From an uncultured bacterium (GTDB lineage Bacteria > SAR324 > NAC60-12), in NCBI GenBank assembly GCA_965662235.1, contig CBFIGY010000003.1:194297-258296 (forward strand): a DNA stretch of 64,000 nt, read 5' to 3'. This document shows, one piece after another, positions 29,361 to 39,870 of this stretch (position 1 is the stretch's first letter; every line of letters begins with the position of its first letter). The notes beneath the pieces are model-generated. The model did not search any database, had not been told where the DNA came from, and saw only the letters and a list, made by a program, of their open reading frames with translations. Made by a program: the position numbers and the translations under genes.

Positions 29361-30245
29361 GTGACCGCACAGGCCGCCTCCCCTCCCTTTCTGTCAGACC
29401 CGCTCAAAGGCATCCTCCTGATGCTGCTCGGCATGGTGCTGGTGCCCATGCTCGACGTCTGTGCCAAGCTGCTCTCTGACACCATTCCGTTGCCACAGAT
29501 CGTCTGGGCGCGTTTTGCCACCAGCACCGTCATGCTCCTGCCGTTGGTCCTCTGGCGGCATCCGCGCCTCAACTACCGCAAGCTGGCGTGGCGCTGGCAG
29601 CTGCCTCGGGCGGTCTTCATGGTCGCCTCCACCTTTTGCTTCTTCGGGGCCATTCGGGGCATGAACATTCCCGATGCCCTTGCCCTTGCCTTCATCTACC
29701 CCATCCTGGTCACCCTCGGCGCGGCGTTGCTGCTCAAGGAAGCGGTCGGCTGGGCCCGCTGGGGAGCCTCGGCGGTGGGCTTCGTGGGGGTCCTCATCAT
29801 CCTCCGGCCAGGATTCAACACCTTTCAGCCAGAGATGCTGTTTGCCCTAGGAACCGGGCTCAGCTTTGCCGCCTATGTGATGATCACCCGGCGCATGACC
29901 GGAAAGGACCAGCCGCTGGTGACCCTGCTGTGTACCTCTGTTCTCTGCACCCTCGGGTTTCTGGTGACCTTTCCGCTTGGGTGGGTGTGGCCCACCAGCG
30001 AGGAGGTGCTGCTGATGCTGGGGGTGGGCTTCTTTGGGTCGGCAGGACACTACTGTCTGATCCGCGCCCTCGACTTTGCCCCCGCGTCTCTACTGGCGCC
30101 GTTCGGCTACTTTGAGATGCTCTCCTCGGTGATGTGGAGCTACCTGATCTTTCAGACGCTTCCCGATCCCATCACCTTCTTTGGCATTGCCATCATCATG
30201 ACTTCTGGGATTGTGCTGTCTCGCCTAGAAGCGCCTCCGCATTGA
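29361..30245 (+). CDS. DMT/EamA family transporter
   Basis: QIVWARF, LLKEAVGWARW, LIILRPG, ASLLAPFGY. Confidence 0.9.
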   Translation: MTAQAASPPFLSDPLKGILLMLLGMVLVPMLDVCAKLLSDTIPLPQIVWARFATSTVMLLPLVLWRHPRLNYRKLAWRWQLPRAVFMVASTFCFFGAIRGMNIPDALALAFIYPILVTLGAALLLKEAVGWARWGASAVGFVGVLIILRPGFNTFQPEMLFALGTGLSFAAYVMITRRMTGKDQPLVTLLCTSVLCTLGFLVTFPLGWVWPTSEEVLLMLGVGFFGSAGHYCLIRALDFAPASLLAPFGYFEMLSSVMWSYLIFQTLPDPITFFGIAIIMTSGIVLSRLEAPPH

Positions 30246-30256
30246 AAAACCTCCGC

Positions 30257-31150
30257 ATGTCCGCCTCCACGCAACTGGCGCCCCCACCTTCCGCCATGAC
30301 GACCATCCTGGTCGGACTCATTGGACGGGGCATTCAGCTCTCCCGCACCCCAGCCATGCATGAAGCAGCAGGCAGTGCGTTGGGCCTCCGGTACGTTTAC
30401 CGGCTGCTGGATCTCGACCAAATGAGCCCAGACCTTGGGTTTGAGGACGTGCTGCGGGCAGCGGAAATCGCTGGGTTCTCCGGTGTCAACGTCACGTATC
30501 CCTACAAACGGCTCGCCCTCGACTTCCTTGACGAGGTCTCTGAAGCCGCTCAAGCGATTGGATCCGTCAACACCATTGTCCTGCAAGGTGGAAAACGACA
30601 GGGGCACAACACCGATTATGGAGGATTTGCCGAGAGCTTTCGGGAAGGGCTTCCAGAGGTGCCACGCGAGCACGTCTTGCTGCTCGGTGCCGGGGGGGCC
30701 GGAGGCGCGGTGGCGCAGGCGTTGCTCGATGCCGGCACCCAAAACCTCTACCTCCTGGATCCGGATGAAACCGCAACGGAGCAACTGGCTGCACGCCTCA
30801 GGGAGCGGACAACCTCGGCAGCGGTCCACGTGGTGACCGAGCCGGCGGCCACAGTCCGGACCGTGGACGGCCTTGTCAACGCCAGCCCAGTTGGCATGGC
30901 CAAGCTTCCTGGGAGCCCCTTGCCAGACCCCTGGCTGCAGCCGCACCACTGGGTGGCCGACATCGTCTACTTTCCTCTGGAGACTCCGTTGCTGAAAGCG
31001 GCCCGTCGGCGGGGATGCCGCACACTTCCCGGATCCGGAATGGCGCTCCACCAGGCGGTGCAGTCCTTTGCCCTGTTCACCGGACAAAAACCCGACCTGG
31101 CCGTCATGCAAGCAACCTTTGAGCGCTTCGACGTCCCTTCCGCCTCCTAG
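30257..31150 (+). CDS. Quinate/shikimate 5-dehydrogenase (QsuD/RifI-like, probably NAD-dependent)
   Basis: GLIG..IQLSRTPAMH, NVTYPYK, GSVNT, GHNTD, GAGGAG, Asp (LLDPD) where NADP-type AroE has NRT, DIVYFPLET. Confidence 0.88.
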   Translation: MSASTQLAPPPSAMTTILVGLIGRGIQLSRTPAMHEAAGSALGLRYVYRLLDLDQMSPDLGFEDVLRAAEIAGFSGVNVTYPYKRLALDFLDEVSEAAQAIGSVNTIVLQGGKRQGHNTDYGGFAESFREGLPEVPREHVLLLGAGGAGGAVAQALLDAGTQNLYLLDPDETATEQLAARLRERTTSAAVHVVTEPAATVRTVDGLVNASPVGMAKLPGSPLPDPWLQPHHWVADIVYFPLETPLLKAARRRGCRTLPGSGMALHQAVQSFALFTGQKPDLAVMQATFERFDVPSAS

Positions 31151-31160
31151 GGGTTTTGGC

Positions 31161-32072
31161 TTAACGAGCAGGAGGCTTTGCCAGCGGAACCGATTTTCCG
31201 GCTCCCAGAAGTCGCCCATCCACCACCAGCAGCCCCAGCGCCAACAGTCCCAGCCCACCGATCTCTGTCAGAGAGAGCGCCTCTCCCAAAAACGAGACAC
31301 CCAGCAGGTTGGCGCTCACAGGGACAATCATGGTGACCAGCAACAGGTTTGAGGGCCCCGCCTCCGCTAGGATCCGGAAGAAGATCAGGTACGCAAAGCT
31401 GGTGCTCAACAAAGAGAGTCCCAGCCACGCCCCCAGTGTTTCCAGACGCGGAACCGTTTCCAGCAGTCCGTCCACCACCAGCACCGGCCCGATCAGCCAG
31501 AGGGATGACGCACAGAGCATTCCTGCAGCAGCCTGCAAGGGAGAGATGCCTTTGAGCCGCAGCTTCCCGAAGCTCCCAGCAATGCCAAAGCTCACCGTTG
31601 CGCCAAATACGGCTACCTCTGCCAGCAAATGGCTGCCCACTTCCTCCCAAGCCGTGGTTCCCATCATCAGGACAATTCCCGAGAGCCCCACCAGCACCCC
31701 CGTCAGCTTCCGGATGCTCATCGGCTCATCAGGGAGCACAAAGTGCGCAATGACAATTCCTGAAAGAGGCGTGGCGGCATTGATGATCGACGCCAGCCCG
31801 CTGTCAATCGACTGCTGCCCGTAGGTGATGAGACCGAAGGGAATGACGTTGTTGAAGAGTCCTAGGAAGGCGAAGGTCGGGAAGTGCGTCCAGAATCCCA
31901 AAGGCTCCTTGCGGAGCTTCAGGACCACCAGCAGCACCCCTGCGGCCAGCGAAAGCCGAAGGAAGACGGTGGTGAGGAACGGAAGCTCCTGCAGCATCAC
32001 CGCAACAAAGAAGAAGGAGCCGCCCCAGATGCTCCCGAGGAGCAGTAGGAGGCTCCAGATGCGGAGGCTCAT
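31161..32072 (-). CDS. DMT/EamA family transporter
   Basis: IWGGSFFF, NNVIPF, SGLASIINAATP, STSFAY..FFRIL, FLGE. Confidence 0.9.
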   Translation of the reverse strand: MSLRIWSLLLLLGSIWGGSFFFVAVMLQELPFLTTVFLRLSLAAGVLLVVLKLRKEPLGFWTHFPTFAFLGLFNNVIPFGLITYGQQSIDSGLASIINAATPLSGIVIAHFVLPDEPMSIRKLTGVLVGLSGIVLMMGTTAWEEVGSHLLAEVAVFGATVSFGIAGSFGKLRLKGISPLQAAAGMLCASSLWLIGPVLVVDGLLETVPRLETLGAWLGLSLLSTSFAYLIFFRILAEAGPSNLLLVTMIVPVSANLLGVSFLGEALSLTEIGGLGLLALGLLVVDGRLLGAGKSVPLAKPPAR

Positions 32073-32087
32073 TTGCCCTCGCAGGGG

Positions 32088-33089
32088 TCAGAGCATGTTT
32101 GGGTACGCGTCCAAGCGAAGGTCATCCGTCAGGCCTGCTGCAAATTTGTAAGACGCCCGACAGGTGATCATGGCGGCGTTGTCAGTACAGAGACGAGGAG
32201 GCGGGTAGTACAGCGTCACCTGACGGCGCGCGGCTTCTGCCTCAAAAGCAGCCCGTAGCTTGCGACTTGCTGCCAGCCCTCCGGAGACCGAAAGTCGCTT
32301 CAACCGCCGCTCTTCCAACGTCCGGAAGGTCTTCTGCACCAACACATCCACCACGGCCTGAAAGAACGACGCGAGCACTGCTGGTTCGTCATTGGCTGCA
32401 GCCTCCGGATGCTCCTCTCGGAACCGCAGCAGGGCCGTTTTCAGACCACTGAAGGAAAACTCGGCTCCGGGTTTGTTCAAAAGAGGACGGGGAAACTCGT
32501 AGGCGCTGCCATTCGCTTCCAGAGCATAGCGGTCCACCACCGGACCCCCTGGCATGGGATGCCCGAACATCTTCGCGACTTTGTCTACGCACTCTCCGGC
32601 GGCATCATCCACCGTGCGCCCCACGACCGTGGCCTGGAAGTGATCCTGCGCCTCCAGTAGAAGCGTGTGCCCTCCAGCGACCACCAGGTGCAGCACCGGA
32701 AACGCCACGTCCCCGTGGGTGAGCCAGTTCGCATAAGGGTGCGACTCCACGTGATTGACCCCCACCAGCGGTCGGTTGAGCGACCACGCCAGCGACTTAG
32801 CCGTCATCAGGCCCACCAGCAACGATCCCAGCAGCCCCGGTAGGTTCGACACGGCAATGTAGTCCAGGTCCTCCTGCCGGACCTGAGCCTGCTCCAGCGC
32901 TTCTGCAATGAGCCGATGAATCACCTCTAGGTGCATGCGAGACGCTCGCTCTGGGACCACCCCGCCAAACTCCTCGTGCTCCTTGTACTGGGACAGGGTC
33001 AAATTGGCGAGGACCTCCTGATGACCCCGCAAAATGGCCACGGAGGTGTCGTCAAACGTGGTATCCAGGCCGAGGCCAAGGGCATTCAT
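32088..33089 (-). CDS. tsaD: tRNA N6-adenosine threonylcarbamoyltransferase
   Basis: GGVVPERASRMH, PGLLGSL, NHVESH, VAGGHT, DDAAGECVDK, FSFSGLKT, CTDNAAMI. Start placed at ATG 33089. Confidence 0.93.
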   Translation of the reverse strand: MNALGLGLDTTFDDTSVAILRGHQEVLANLTLSQYKEHEEFGGVVPERASRMHLEVIHRLIAEALEQAQVRQEDLDYIAVSNLPGLLGSLLVGLMTAKSLAWSLNRPLVGVNHVESHPYANWLTHGDVAFPVLHLVVAGGHTLLLEAQDHFQATVVGRTVDDAAGECVDKVAKMFGHPMPGGPVVDRYALEANGSAYEFPRPLLNKPGAEFSFSGLKTALLRFREEHPEAAANDEPAVLASFFQAVVDVLVQKTFRTLEERRLKRLSVSGGLAASRKLRAAFEAEAARRQVTLYYPPPRLCTDNAAMITCRASYKFAAGLTDDLRLDAYPNML

Positions 33090-33189
33090 GAGGGCAGTCG
33101 TGCAGTGGGGTTGACAGAGGCGCCCTCTGAGGGCGATAAGGCGATTCGGTGTTCCTATCTTGGCGAGTTCCGCAAGCAAGAGCAAGGAT

Positions 33190-34197
33190 TCAGCGCGAGT
33201 AGGCGGGGTAGATGAAGCGAAAGTGAACCACCAGTTCCTCGCCCACAAAATCACTGGGCAAGGCCGGAAGCTGTGCGGTTGCCAGCAGGGCATCCAGCAC
33301 CGAATTCTCCATCTCCTGCGAACTCCGGACACGCTGGGTGACTTCCTGTGACACCAGCCGCCCCTGGCGGTCCACCCGCACCAGCACGTACACGTCTCCT
33401 CCGAGAGGACGCTGCCCCTGCACATAGTCCAGAGGCGGATTGTTGCGCCACGCGTACTTCAGTTGCCTCGCCCAACGCCCCATGTACGATTCATAAGGCC
33501 AGTCGTAGCGGTTCAGGGTGAAGAATCCGCCGCCGGGCCCATCGTTTCCTTTGGGGGGAGGTGGACGGTCAGAGACCTGAGGTTGTGCGTTGGAAGTCAC
33601 TGCCGCAATCGCGGCTTCGACGCTGACTGGAGCATCGGTTTGAGGAGTCGCTTGCAGGTAGTTCTGCGGCAGCGCTGGAACCCCTGGGCGGTCCGGAGCT
33701 GGCACTGGTGCAGCATCTGGACGCGCGGTCACCGTGGGAGGACGGGCAGCAGGCGGAGCTTCTTTCCCTGCAGGCGGTAATTCCGGAACAGGCGGAGGAG
33801 AGGCCAGGGGCTCCTCGGTAGAAGAGGCAGGGGCGGTTTCCTCCAGCGCCGGCCCCTGAGCCACACCGTCTTCCTCCCCGCTCTGCATCTTGCGGGTCGC
33901 ACTCTTCAGCGGTTGCATGCTCAGCTTCTGTGCCGGTTCCTCCTGAATCAATTCTTCCAGCTGTTGCACCGGAGACGCTTCGGGAGGCGGGGGCGGTGGG
34001 GACGGAGGAGGAGGTTCTTGTGCCACCTCCGGAGGCGGTTCGTCAGGAGGCGGTGTAGGAGTCAGAGGGGTGAGTTCCACCATCAGCGGTTCCGGAGCCG
34101 GAACCGGCTCGGGAGCGTTCAGGGCCGGGCCCAACCACATCAGCAGTGCCAGATGCAGCAGGACGGCAATCAGAAACGGAACTCCCCACTGTTTCAT
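33190..34197 (-). CDS. TonB/TolA-like proline-rich membrane-anchored protein
   Basis: TM anchor with LLH, long Pro/Glu-rich linker, C-terminal domain Y...LKYAW...VRVDRQGRL...SS..M. Confidence 0.75.
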   Translation of the reverse strand: MKQWGVPFLIAVLLHLALLMWLGPALNAPEPVPAPEPLMVELTPLTPTPPPDEPPPEVAQEPPPPSPPPPPPEASPVQQLEELIQEEPAQKLSMQPLKSATRKMQSGEEDGVAQGPALEETAPASSTEEPLASPPPVPELPPAGKEAPPAARPPTVTARPDAAPVPAPDRPGVPALPQNYLQATPQTDAPVSVEAAIAAVTSNAQPQVSDRPPPPKGNDGPGGGFFTLNRYDWPYESYMGRWARQLKYAWRNNPPLDYVQGQRPLGGDVYVLVRVDRQGRLVSQEVTQRVRSSQEMENSVLDALLATAQLPALPSDFVGEELVVHFRFIYPAYSR

Positions 34198-34212
34198 TGG
34201 GGAACCGTCGGC

Positions 34213-34494
34213 TTAAGTCTCGAGGACTCGGGGAACTTTGAAGAAGCCGTTTTCCAGGTAGGGGCTAAACTGTTCCGGATCAACGGGAGAAGGGTGGGCT
34301 TCATCCACGCGCGTGAAGGGAGGAGGCTCCAAGGGGGTTTCGGACGATTCCGGAAGCTGGATTTGGCTGATTTGCTCAAAGTAGTTGAAGATGGTCGTAA
34401 ACTGCTGAGCAAACAGAATTTCTTCCTCGGGGGTCAGTTCCAGAGAAGACAATTTGGCGATGTGCCGGACGGTGTCAACGGAGAATTCACTCAT
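34213..34494 (-). CDS. gatC: Asp/Glu-tRNA amidotransferase subunit C
   Basis: VRHIAKLSSLEL, RVD, GFFKVPRVL. Confidence 0.88.
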   Translation of the reverse strand: MSEFSVDTVRHIAKLSSLELTPEEEILFAQQFTTIFNYFEQISQIQLPESSETPLEPPPFTRVDEAHPSPVDPEQFSPYLENGFFKVPRVLET

Positions 34495-34931
34495 GACTGC
34501 CGTTGCATCATCAAGCGAACCTCGGCCTTGGCGACGAGCGCGCCGTCCACGGTCGCTTTGCCCTCAAACACCCACAGGTCGCGTTTTTGGTTGACCGCAG
34601 TCGATTCCAGAATCAGCTGGTCGCCAGGCACCACCGGTTTGCGGAACTTGGCGTCATTGATGCCTGCGTAGAAGACCATGATGGACGAGCCTTCTTCTTC
34701 CTTGAGTGACGACTGCATGACGATCCCACTGGTCTGAGCCAGGGCTTCCAGCATCAGCACCCCCGGAAACACCGGCATGCCGGGGAAGTGTCCATTGAAG
34801 ACCTCTTCGCCACCGGAGACATTCTTCAGGGCCTTGCAGTACTCCCCGTCCTTGACTTCGAGCACCCGGTCGATGAGTAGAAACGGGTAGCGGTGCGGGA
34901 GGATTTTCTTGATGCCTTCCAGGTCGATCAT
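34491..34931 (-). CDS. fabZ: 3-hydroxyacyl-ACP dehydratase
   Basis: LPHRYPFLLIDRV, GHFP..PVFPGVLMLEALAQ, FRKPVVPGD. Confidence 0.96.
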   Translation of the reverse strand: MIDLEGIKKILPHRYPFLLIDRVLEVKDGEYCKALKNVSGGEEVFNGHFPGMPVFPGVLMLEALAQTSGIVMQSSLKEEEGSSIMVFYAGINDAKFRKPVVPGDQLILESTAVNQKRDLWVFEGKATVDGALVAKAEVRLMMQRQS

Positions 34932-34932
34932 A

Positions 34933-35463
34933 TCACTCTTTCGGGGGCTGCTTGAGCCGGTTGTAGTGGTCAATGACCTCTTGGGTGAGGTCCGTCGGTT
35001 TCTCCTTCATGAACAGGATCACCTGCTGCTCCGCATTGCGCTCCAGCACTAGGTCAAACTCCTCCCTCAGGGAGATGGTCCGAATGACGCCCCGGAGTTC
35101 ATCAAAAATATTCAGGGTCAGGCTCCGTTCGTCGCCTCGGAGCTGCTGCTCGTACTGACGAACCTGGTTCTGCAGCCCCTGTTGCTTCTGGCGGAGTTCC
35201 TGCTCCTTCTGCTGACGGGCCTCATTGGTCAGCAGCGGATTGTTGCGGAGCTCCCCAGCCATGCGCTGCAGTTCTTCTTCCTGCACCCTCAACTGCTGTT
35301 GCTTCTGAGCACTCTGCGCCTCCAGCAGTTGCTTCGACCGGATGCCCTCCTCCGACTCATTCAAAGCCCGATTCAGGTCAACCACCCCGATTTTAAGCGC
35401 CCAGGCAGGAGTGGTTCCGAGAAGAAACAGGGCGAAGACGGCAAGAGCAAAACGAACAATCAT
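34933..35463 (-). CDS. skp: OmpH/Skp periplasmic chaperone
   Basis: Signal peptide, KIGVVD, Gln-rich coiled coil, FDLVL, DLTQEVI; ATG overlaps the nuoL stop (ATGA). Confidence 0.88.
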   Translation of the reverse strand: MIVRFALAVFALFLLGTTPAWALKIGVVDLNRALNESEEGIRSKQLLEAQSAQKQQQLRVQEEELQRMAGELRNNPLLTNEARQQKEQELRQKQQGLQNQVRQYEQQLRGDERSLTLNIFDELRGVIRTISLREEFDLVLERNAEQQVILFMKEKPTDLTQEVIDHYNRLKQPPKE

Positions 35464-37379
35464 AACCAGAAGGTGTAGAACAACACGAAGAGGGTTCCTA
35501 GGGAGAAGATGAGGGCGTAATTCTGGGCCACCCCGTTTTGAACCGGACGCAGAACCGCGCCAACGGTTCGGGCGATGCCACCTGACAGCATGACCAGGCG
35601 GTCGATGACGTTCTGATCCACTGCTTTCCACAGAATGAACGTCGACAGCAAGCGTCCCGGTTGAATGAGGATCGCGTTGTAAAGCTCGTCGATGTACCAC
35701 TTGTTGAGCGAAAGCTCATAGGCGCCGTTCCAGCGACGACGCATCGCCGTCGGTTTTTCCAAGCCGTTGCTGTACATGTTGCGAGCCAAGTACCAGGAGA
35801 ACAGCGCTAGCGCAACCGAAGCTCCCATCAGCGTCCACTCGGTGGAAACCGAGCCATGTGCTTCACCGGATACTTCGGCAAAGAAGCCGTGGAAGTAGAT
35901 TTCCAGACCGTTCGGCAGAATGTGGAACACATGCGGCACCCCCACCAGACCACCAACAGCCGACAGCACGGCCAGAACCATGAGCGGAATGGTCATGTTG
36001 AACGGAGACTCATGCAGGTGCGCTTCCGTATGCGGATCCACCCGGGACTCGCCATGGAAGGTCAGGTAGATCATCCGGAACATGTAGAACGACGTCAGCC
36101 CGGCGGTGATGAAGCCCACCAGCCAGAGCCCACTTCCCCCAAGAGGAGAGCTCCAGGCCTTCCACAGAATTTCATCTTTACTGAAGAACCCGGCAAAGAA
36201 GGGAATTCCGGCAATGGCCAGGGTTCCAATCAGCATGGTGAGGTAGGTGATGGGAAGCTTCTTCCGGAGCGCTCCCATCTTCATCATGTTCTGCTCATGG
36301 TGCATGGCATGAATCACGGAGCCGGAGCCCATGAAGAGCAGAGCTTTGAAGAAAGCGTGCGTCATGACATGGAAAACGCCAGCCCCAAAGGCCCCGACAC
36401 CCATGGCGAGGAACATGTACCCCAGCTGACTGACTGTGGAATACGCCAGCACCTTCTTGATGTCGGTTTGGGTGATGGCGATGGTTGCCGCCAATAGGGC
36501 CGTAATGACTCCGACAATGGCGATCACGTTCAGCGTCGCCGGTGCCAAGATGAAGAGGTGGCTGAGCCGTGCCACCATGTACAGGCCTGCAGTCACCATC
36601 GTAGCCGCGTGGATCAGAGCCGACACCGGAGTAGGGCCTTCCATTGCGTCCGGGAGCCAGACGTACAGCGGAATCTGTGCGGATTTTCCGGTGGCGCCCA
36701 AAAACAGGAAGAGGGTGATCACCGTGACCAGCACCCCACCGGCTTCCAGACGATCCGCCGCTTCGGCATTGACGATGTCAAAGTTCAGGGTTCCAAAGGT
36801 CAGGAAGATCAAAAAGACGGCACTGAGCACTCCGAAGTCCCCCACCCGGTTGAACAGAAACGCCTTCTTGCAGGCCTCTGCCGCAGAGGGTTTCTCAAAG
36901 TAGTACCCAATCAGCAGGTACGAGCACAGTCCCACGCCTTCCCAGCCCACAAACATCAGCAGGAAGCTGTCTCCCAGCACCAGAATGAGCATGAAGAAGA
37001 CGAAGAGGTTGAGGTAGGCAAAGTAACGGTAGTAGCCGTCTTCCTCCCCCATGTACCCGATGGAGTAGATGTGAATCAGGAACCCAATGCCTGTAATGAC
37101 CAGCAGGTACAGGCCTGACAGTTGGTCCACCGTGAAGGCGACATCTAGGCTGAAGGCTCCGGTGGACATCCACGTGTAGAGGGTCTCATGCAGCTTGTGA
37201 TCGGCCGCGCCCCGCATCTCAAAGAAGAGGATCAGCGCCTGCGCAAACGCCAGACCGATGGCCGCCGGAGCCACAATCGTCACAAAGCGTTTGCCAAAGA
37301 GTTTTCCGAAGAGCCCGTTGGCAAGGAATCCGAGCAAGGGGAAGGCTGGTACCAGCCAGATGTGAGACATGCCGTTCAT
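35460..37379 (-). CDS. nuoL: NADH-quinone oxidoreductase subunit L
   Basis: [70 protein letters not shown]. Confidence 0.97.
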   Translation of the reverse strand: MNGMSHIWLVPAFPLLGFLANGLFGKLFGKRFVTIVAPAAIGLAFAQALILFFEMRGAADHKLHETLYTWMSTGAFSLDVAFTVDQLSGLYLLVITGIGFLIHIYSIGYMGEEDGYYRYFAYLNLFVFFMLILVLGDSFLLMFVGWEGVGLCSYLLIGYYFEKPSAAEACKKAFLFNRVGDFGVLSAVFLIFLTFGTLNFDIVNAEAADRLEAGGVLVTVITLFLFLGATGKSAQIPLYVWLPDAMEGPTPVSALIHAATMVTAGLYMVARLSHLFILAPATLNVIAIVGVITALLAATIAITQTDIKKVLAYSTVSQLGYMFLAMGVGAFGAGVFHVMTHAFFKALLFMGSGSVIHAMHHEQNMMKMGALRKKLPITYLTMLIGTLAIAGIPFFAGFFSKDEILWKAWSSPLGGSGLWLVGFITAGLTSFYMFRMIYLTFHGESRVDPHTEAHLHESPFNMTIPLMVLAVLSAVGGLVGVPHVFHILPNGLEIYFHGFFAEVSGEAHGSVSTEWTLMGASVALALFSWYLARNMYSNGLEKPTAMRRRWNGAYELSLNKWYIDELYNAILIQPGRLLSTFILWKAVDQNVIDRLVMLSGGIARTVGAVLRPVQNGVAQNYALIFSLGTLFVLFYTFWL

Positions 37380-37678
37380 CCTTTCAGGAGGTTGAATTCA
37401 TCAATGTTGAGGGTCTTCCGAGAGCGGTACAGCGACAGGATGATCGACAGTCCGACCACGGCCTCTGCGGCCGCGACGACAATGATGAAGAAGATGAACA
37501 TCACTCCGTTCATGGAGTCCAGCGTCCGGGCGAACGCCACAAAGGAAAGGTTCACCGCATTCAGCATCAGCTCAATGCTCATGAAGATCACAATGACGTT
37601 ACGCCGGAGCATGACGCCGAGCACTCCAATGGAAAAGAGGGCCGCGCTAAGGATAAGGACGTGAGTGGTTGGGATCAT
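37376..37678 (-). CDS. nuoK: NADH-quinone oxidoreductase subunit K
   Basis: RRN...[21 protein letters not shown]. Confidence 0.96.
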   Translation of the reverse strand: MIPTTHVLILSAALFSIGVLGVMLRRNVIVIFMSIELMLNAVNLSFVAFARTLDSMNGVMFIFFIIVVAAAEAVVGLSIILSLYRSRKTLNIDEFNLLKG

Positions 37679-37685
37679 GACAGGC

Positions 37686-38201
37686 TCAATGGAAGCGACG
37701 CTTGGCGATCACCACTGCGCCAATAACAGCGACCAGCAGCAAGATGGAGATGACTTCAAAGGGAAGCAGGTACTCGGTAAAGAGCAGTCGCCCAATCACC
37801 GCAATGGATCCGGTTTCCGCCACCGTGGCCGGGTCGTAGGTTCCGGGTTCTCCCAACCGCATGGCAGGACTGAGGAACGAGGACACGATCTGGAGGAACA
37901 CCACTAGGGTTGCCGCTGCCGCTACTCCCTTCGCGGGCGTCCAGCGGATGGCATGCTGCCGCAAACCGTCCTCGTTGCTGAGCAGCATCAGCACAAAGAG
38001 GAAGAGGACCATGATGGCACCTGCGTAAACCAGCACCTGAATCACGGCCACAAACTCGGCATTGAGCATCACGTAGATGGCACCCAGGCAGAAGAACGTC
38101 CCGACCAGGCTCAAGGCGCTGTGGATCGGGTTGCGTAAGAAGAGCACCCCTGCCGCACTCACAACACTGAGCAGCGCAAAGATGTAGAAGAAAACCTGCA
38201 T
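37686..38201 (-). CDS. nuoJ: NADH-quinone oxidoreductase subunit J
   Basis: [43 protein letters not shown]. Confidence 0.95.
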   Translation of the reverse strand: MQVFFYIFALLSVVSAAGVLFLRNPIHSALSLVGTFFCLGAIYVMLNAEFVAVIQVLVYAGAIMVLFLFVLMLLSNEDGLRQHAIRWTPAKGVAAAATLVVFLQIVSSFLSPAMRLGEPGTYDPATVAETGSIAVIGRLLFTEYLLPFEVISILLLVAVIGAVVIAKRRFH

Positions 38202-38219
38202 GATGGGTCGCGTAAGGGG

Positions 38220-39863
38220 TTAGGCAGTAAGGGACTTTTCCAGGCGCTTTACCACACGTCCGGGGTCGTTGGCTTCTCCCGGAAGCACCTGTCCGTCCGC
38301 CGGCAACGCGCTCAGCTGCATTCCAGCGAACGAGCGGACGTCCTGAGCCAAGGCAGCAAAGACACCTTCTACGGAGTCAACCTGAGGCTCCTGCCCCAGA
38401 GCGCGCATCAGTCCAGCCAGCACCTCCCACTCGGGGTGCGACTGGCGGGGCGGCACCAGAGCAGCCTCGGTGCGCTGAACACGGCGTTGCTTGTTGGTGT
38501 AGGTCACCACTTTTTCCGAGTGCAGCTGTCCGGGCAGAACCACGTCCACTAGGTCGCTCCACGCGTTCAGGAAGGGCGAAATCTGGATGAGCAGTTGTGC
38601 ATCTCCAATCTTCTCACGGGCCGCCTCTTCGTTTTCGAAGGGATTCCCCAGAATCAGCACTACTTTGGCAGGCTGCTCTGCGGCTTGCTTCAGCAGCGAT
38701 CCATCCGTGTCTCCTGTCAGGCCCAGCTCTCGGGCTCCGGCACGGTTCGGGGTGCGGTCGGTGGTGATGATGGAGTCAATGAAGAAGTCCGACTCCGGCT
38801 GTTCCCAAGACGGCATCGGAAAGAGGACTTGATCAGACTGGAAGACCTCACGCATCAGCTTCTTGAGCATGAACAGCTCTTCGTTGCTGGCCCGGGTGTC
38901 GGTCAACGCCAGAACCTCTGCTGAGGCAGGCTTCAGTTCCTGGACGCGGTCGGCAATGGCTTCAAAGGCCTGGTTCCAGGAAATCGCTTCCAGCTGTCCC
39001 TTGATGCGGCCCATCGGCTTCATCACCCGGCCTTCACGCTGGTTCATCACCCGATACGTCAGGCGCCCTTCGTCACACATCCACCAGCGGTTCACCGCCT
39101 GATTTTCCCGTGGCTTCATGCGGAACACCTCATTCTTGTCATACTCAATTGAGGTGTTGCAGCCCGTGGAGCAGCCGGTGCAAAGTGAGGAGGTCTTCTT
39201 CAGACGCCACACACGGCGCTTGAAGCGGAATTCCTTCTCGGTCAGTGCGCCCACCGGACAAATGTCCGCCATGTTGCCCTGGAACTTGTTCACCATCGGA
39301 CGATCGGCAAAGGTGTCCACCGTCAGCTCATGCGCCCGGTTGAACATCCCGAACTCCCCTGTGCCCGTCACTTCTCGGGTGAAGCGGTCGCAGCGGGTGC
39401 AGTGGATGCAGCGGTTCCGTTCCAGCTGAATGAAGGTTCCCACATCCCGGATGCCGTACACCCGTTTGTTGTACTCCATCTCGGACTTTCCGGTGCCGTG
39501 ATCGTAGGAGTAGTCCTGCAGGATGCACTCACCAGACTGGTCACAAACCGGGCAGTCGAGGGGGTGGTTGATGAGGAGGAATTCCATCACCAGCTTGCGG
39601 GCCTCGCTGACCTTATCGTTGCTGGTGACAATTTTCATGTTGGGGGCCGCATCCATTGAGCAGGAGGTCTGCAGCTTCGGAATGGGGCGTCCGTTTCCCA
39701 TGTCCACCACGTCCACCAGGCACATCCGGCAGGTGGCAACAATGGAAAGTCCCGGGTGATAGCAGTAGTGCGGGATGTCAGCACCTGCTCTCAGTGCGGC
39801 GGGGAGCACCTTTTCGCCAGGCTGAAACTCAATGGGCTGGTCGTCCAGGTAAAAGACGGGCAT
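38220..39863 (-). CDS. nuoG: NADH-quinone oxidoreductase subunit G (short form)
   Basis: CYHPGL...CRMC (N1b), HPLDCPVCDQSGEC (N5), CIHCTRC...CPVGAL (N4), CTGCSTGC...C (N7). Confidence 0.92.
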   Translation of the reverse strand: MPVFYLDDQPIEFQPGEKVLPAALRAGADIPHYCYHPGLSIVATCRMCLVDVVDMGNGRPIPKLQTSCSMDAAPNMKIVTSNDKVSEARKLVMEFLLINHPLDCPVCDQSGECILQDYSYDHGTGKSEMEYNKRVYGIRDVGTFIQLERNRCIHCTRCDRFTREVTGTGEFGMFNRAHELTVDTFADRPMVNKFQGNMADICPVGALTEKEFRFKRRVWRLKKTSSLCTGCSTGCNTSIEYDKNEVFRMKPRENQAVNRWWMCDEGRLTYRVMNQREGRVMKPMGRIKGQLEAISWNQAFEAIADRVQELKPASAEVLALTDTRASNEELFMLKKLMREVFQSDQVLFPMPSWEQPESDFFIDSIITTDRTPNRAGARELGLTGDTDGSLLKQAAEQPAKVVLILGNPFENEEAAREKIGDAQLLIQISPFLNAWSDLVDVVLPGQLHSEKVVTYTNKQRRVQRTEAALVPPRQSHPEWEVLAGLMRALGQEPQVDSVEGVFAALAQDVRSFAGMQLSALPADGQVLPGEANDPGRVVKRLEKSLTA

Positions 39864-39870
39864 GATCGAT

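Noticed and set aside
30152..31258. 368-aa minus-strand ORF (likewise 1738-2691, 9849-10754, 57855-58739, 42839-43660)
   Set aside because: Antisense shadows of well-supported genes in GC-rich DNA; no recognisable motifs.
33090..33425. Apparent 110-aa N-terminal extension of TsaD
   Set aside because: Overlaps the TonB-like gene in another frame; homology begins at MNALGLGLDT (33089).
33960..34120. Low-complexity GGA/GGC repeats
   Set aside because: Encodes the poly-Pro linker of the TonB-like protein; not a DNA repeat element.
35464..35700. Apparent extension of Skp / NuoL-Skp fusion
   Set aside because: Different frame from nuoL; an ATGA stop-start overlap, not a fusion.
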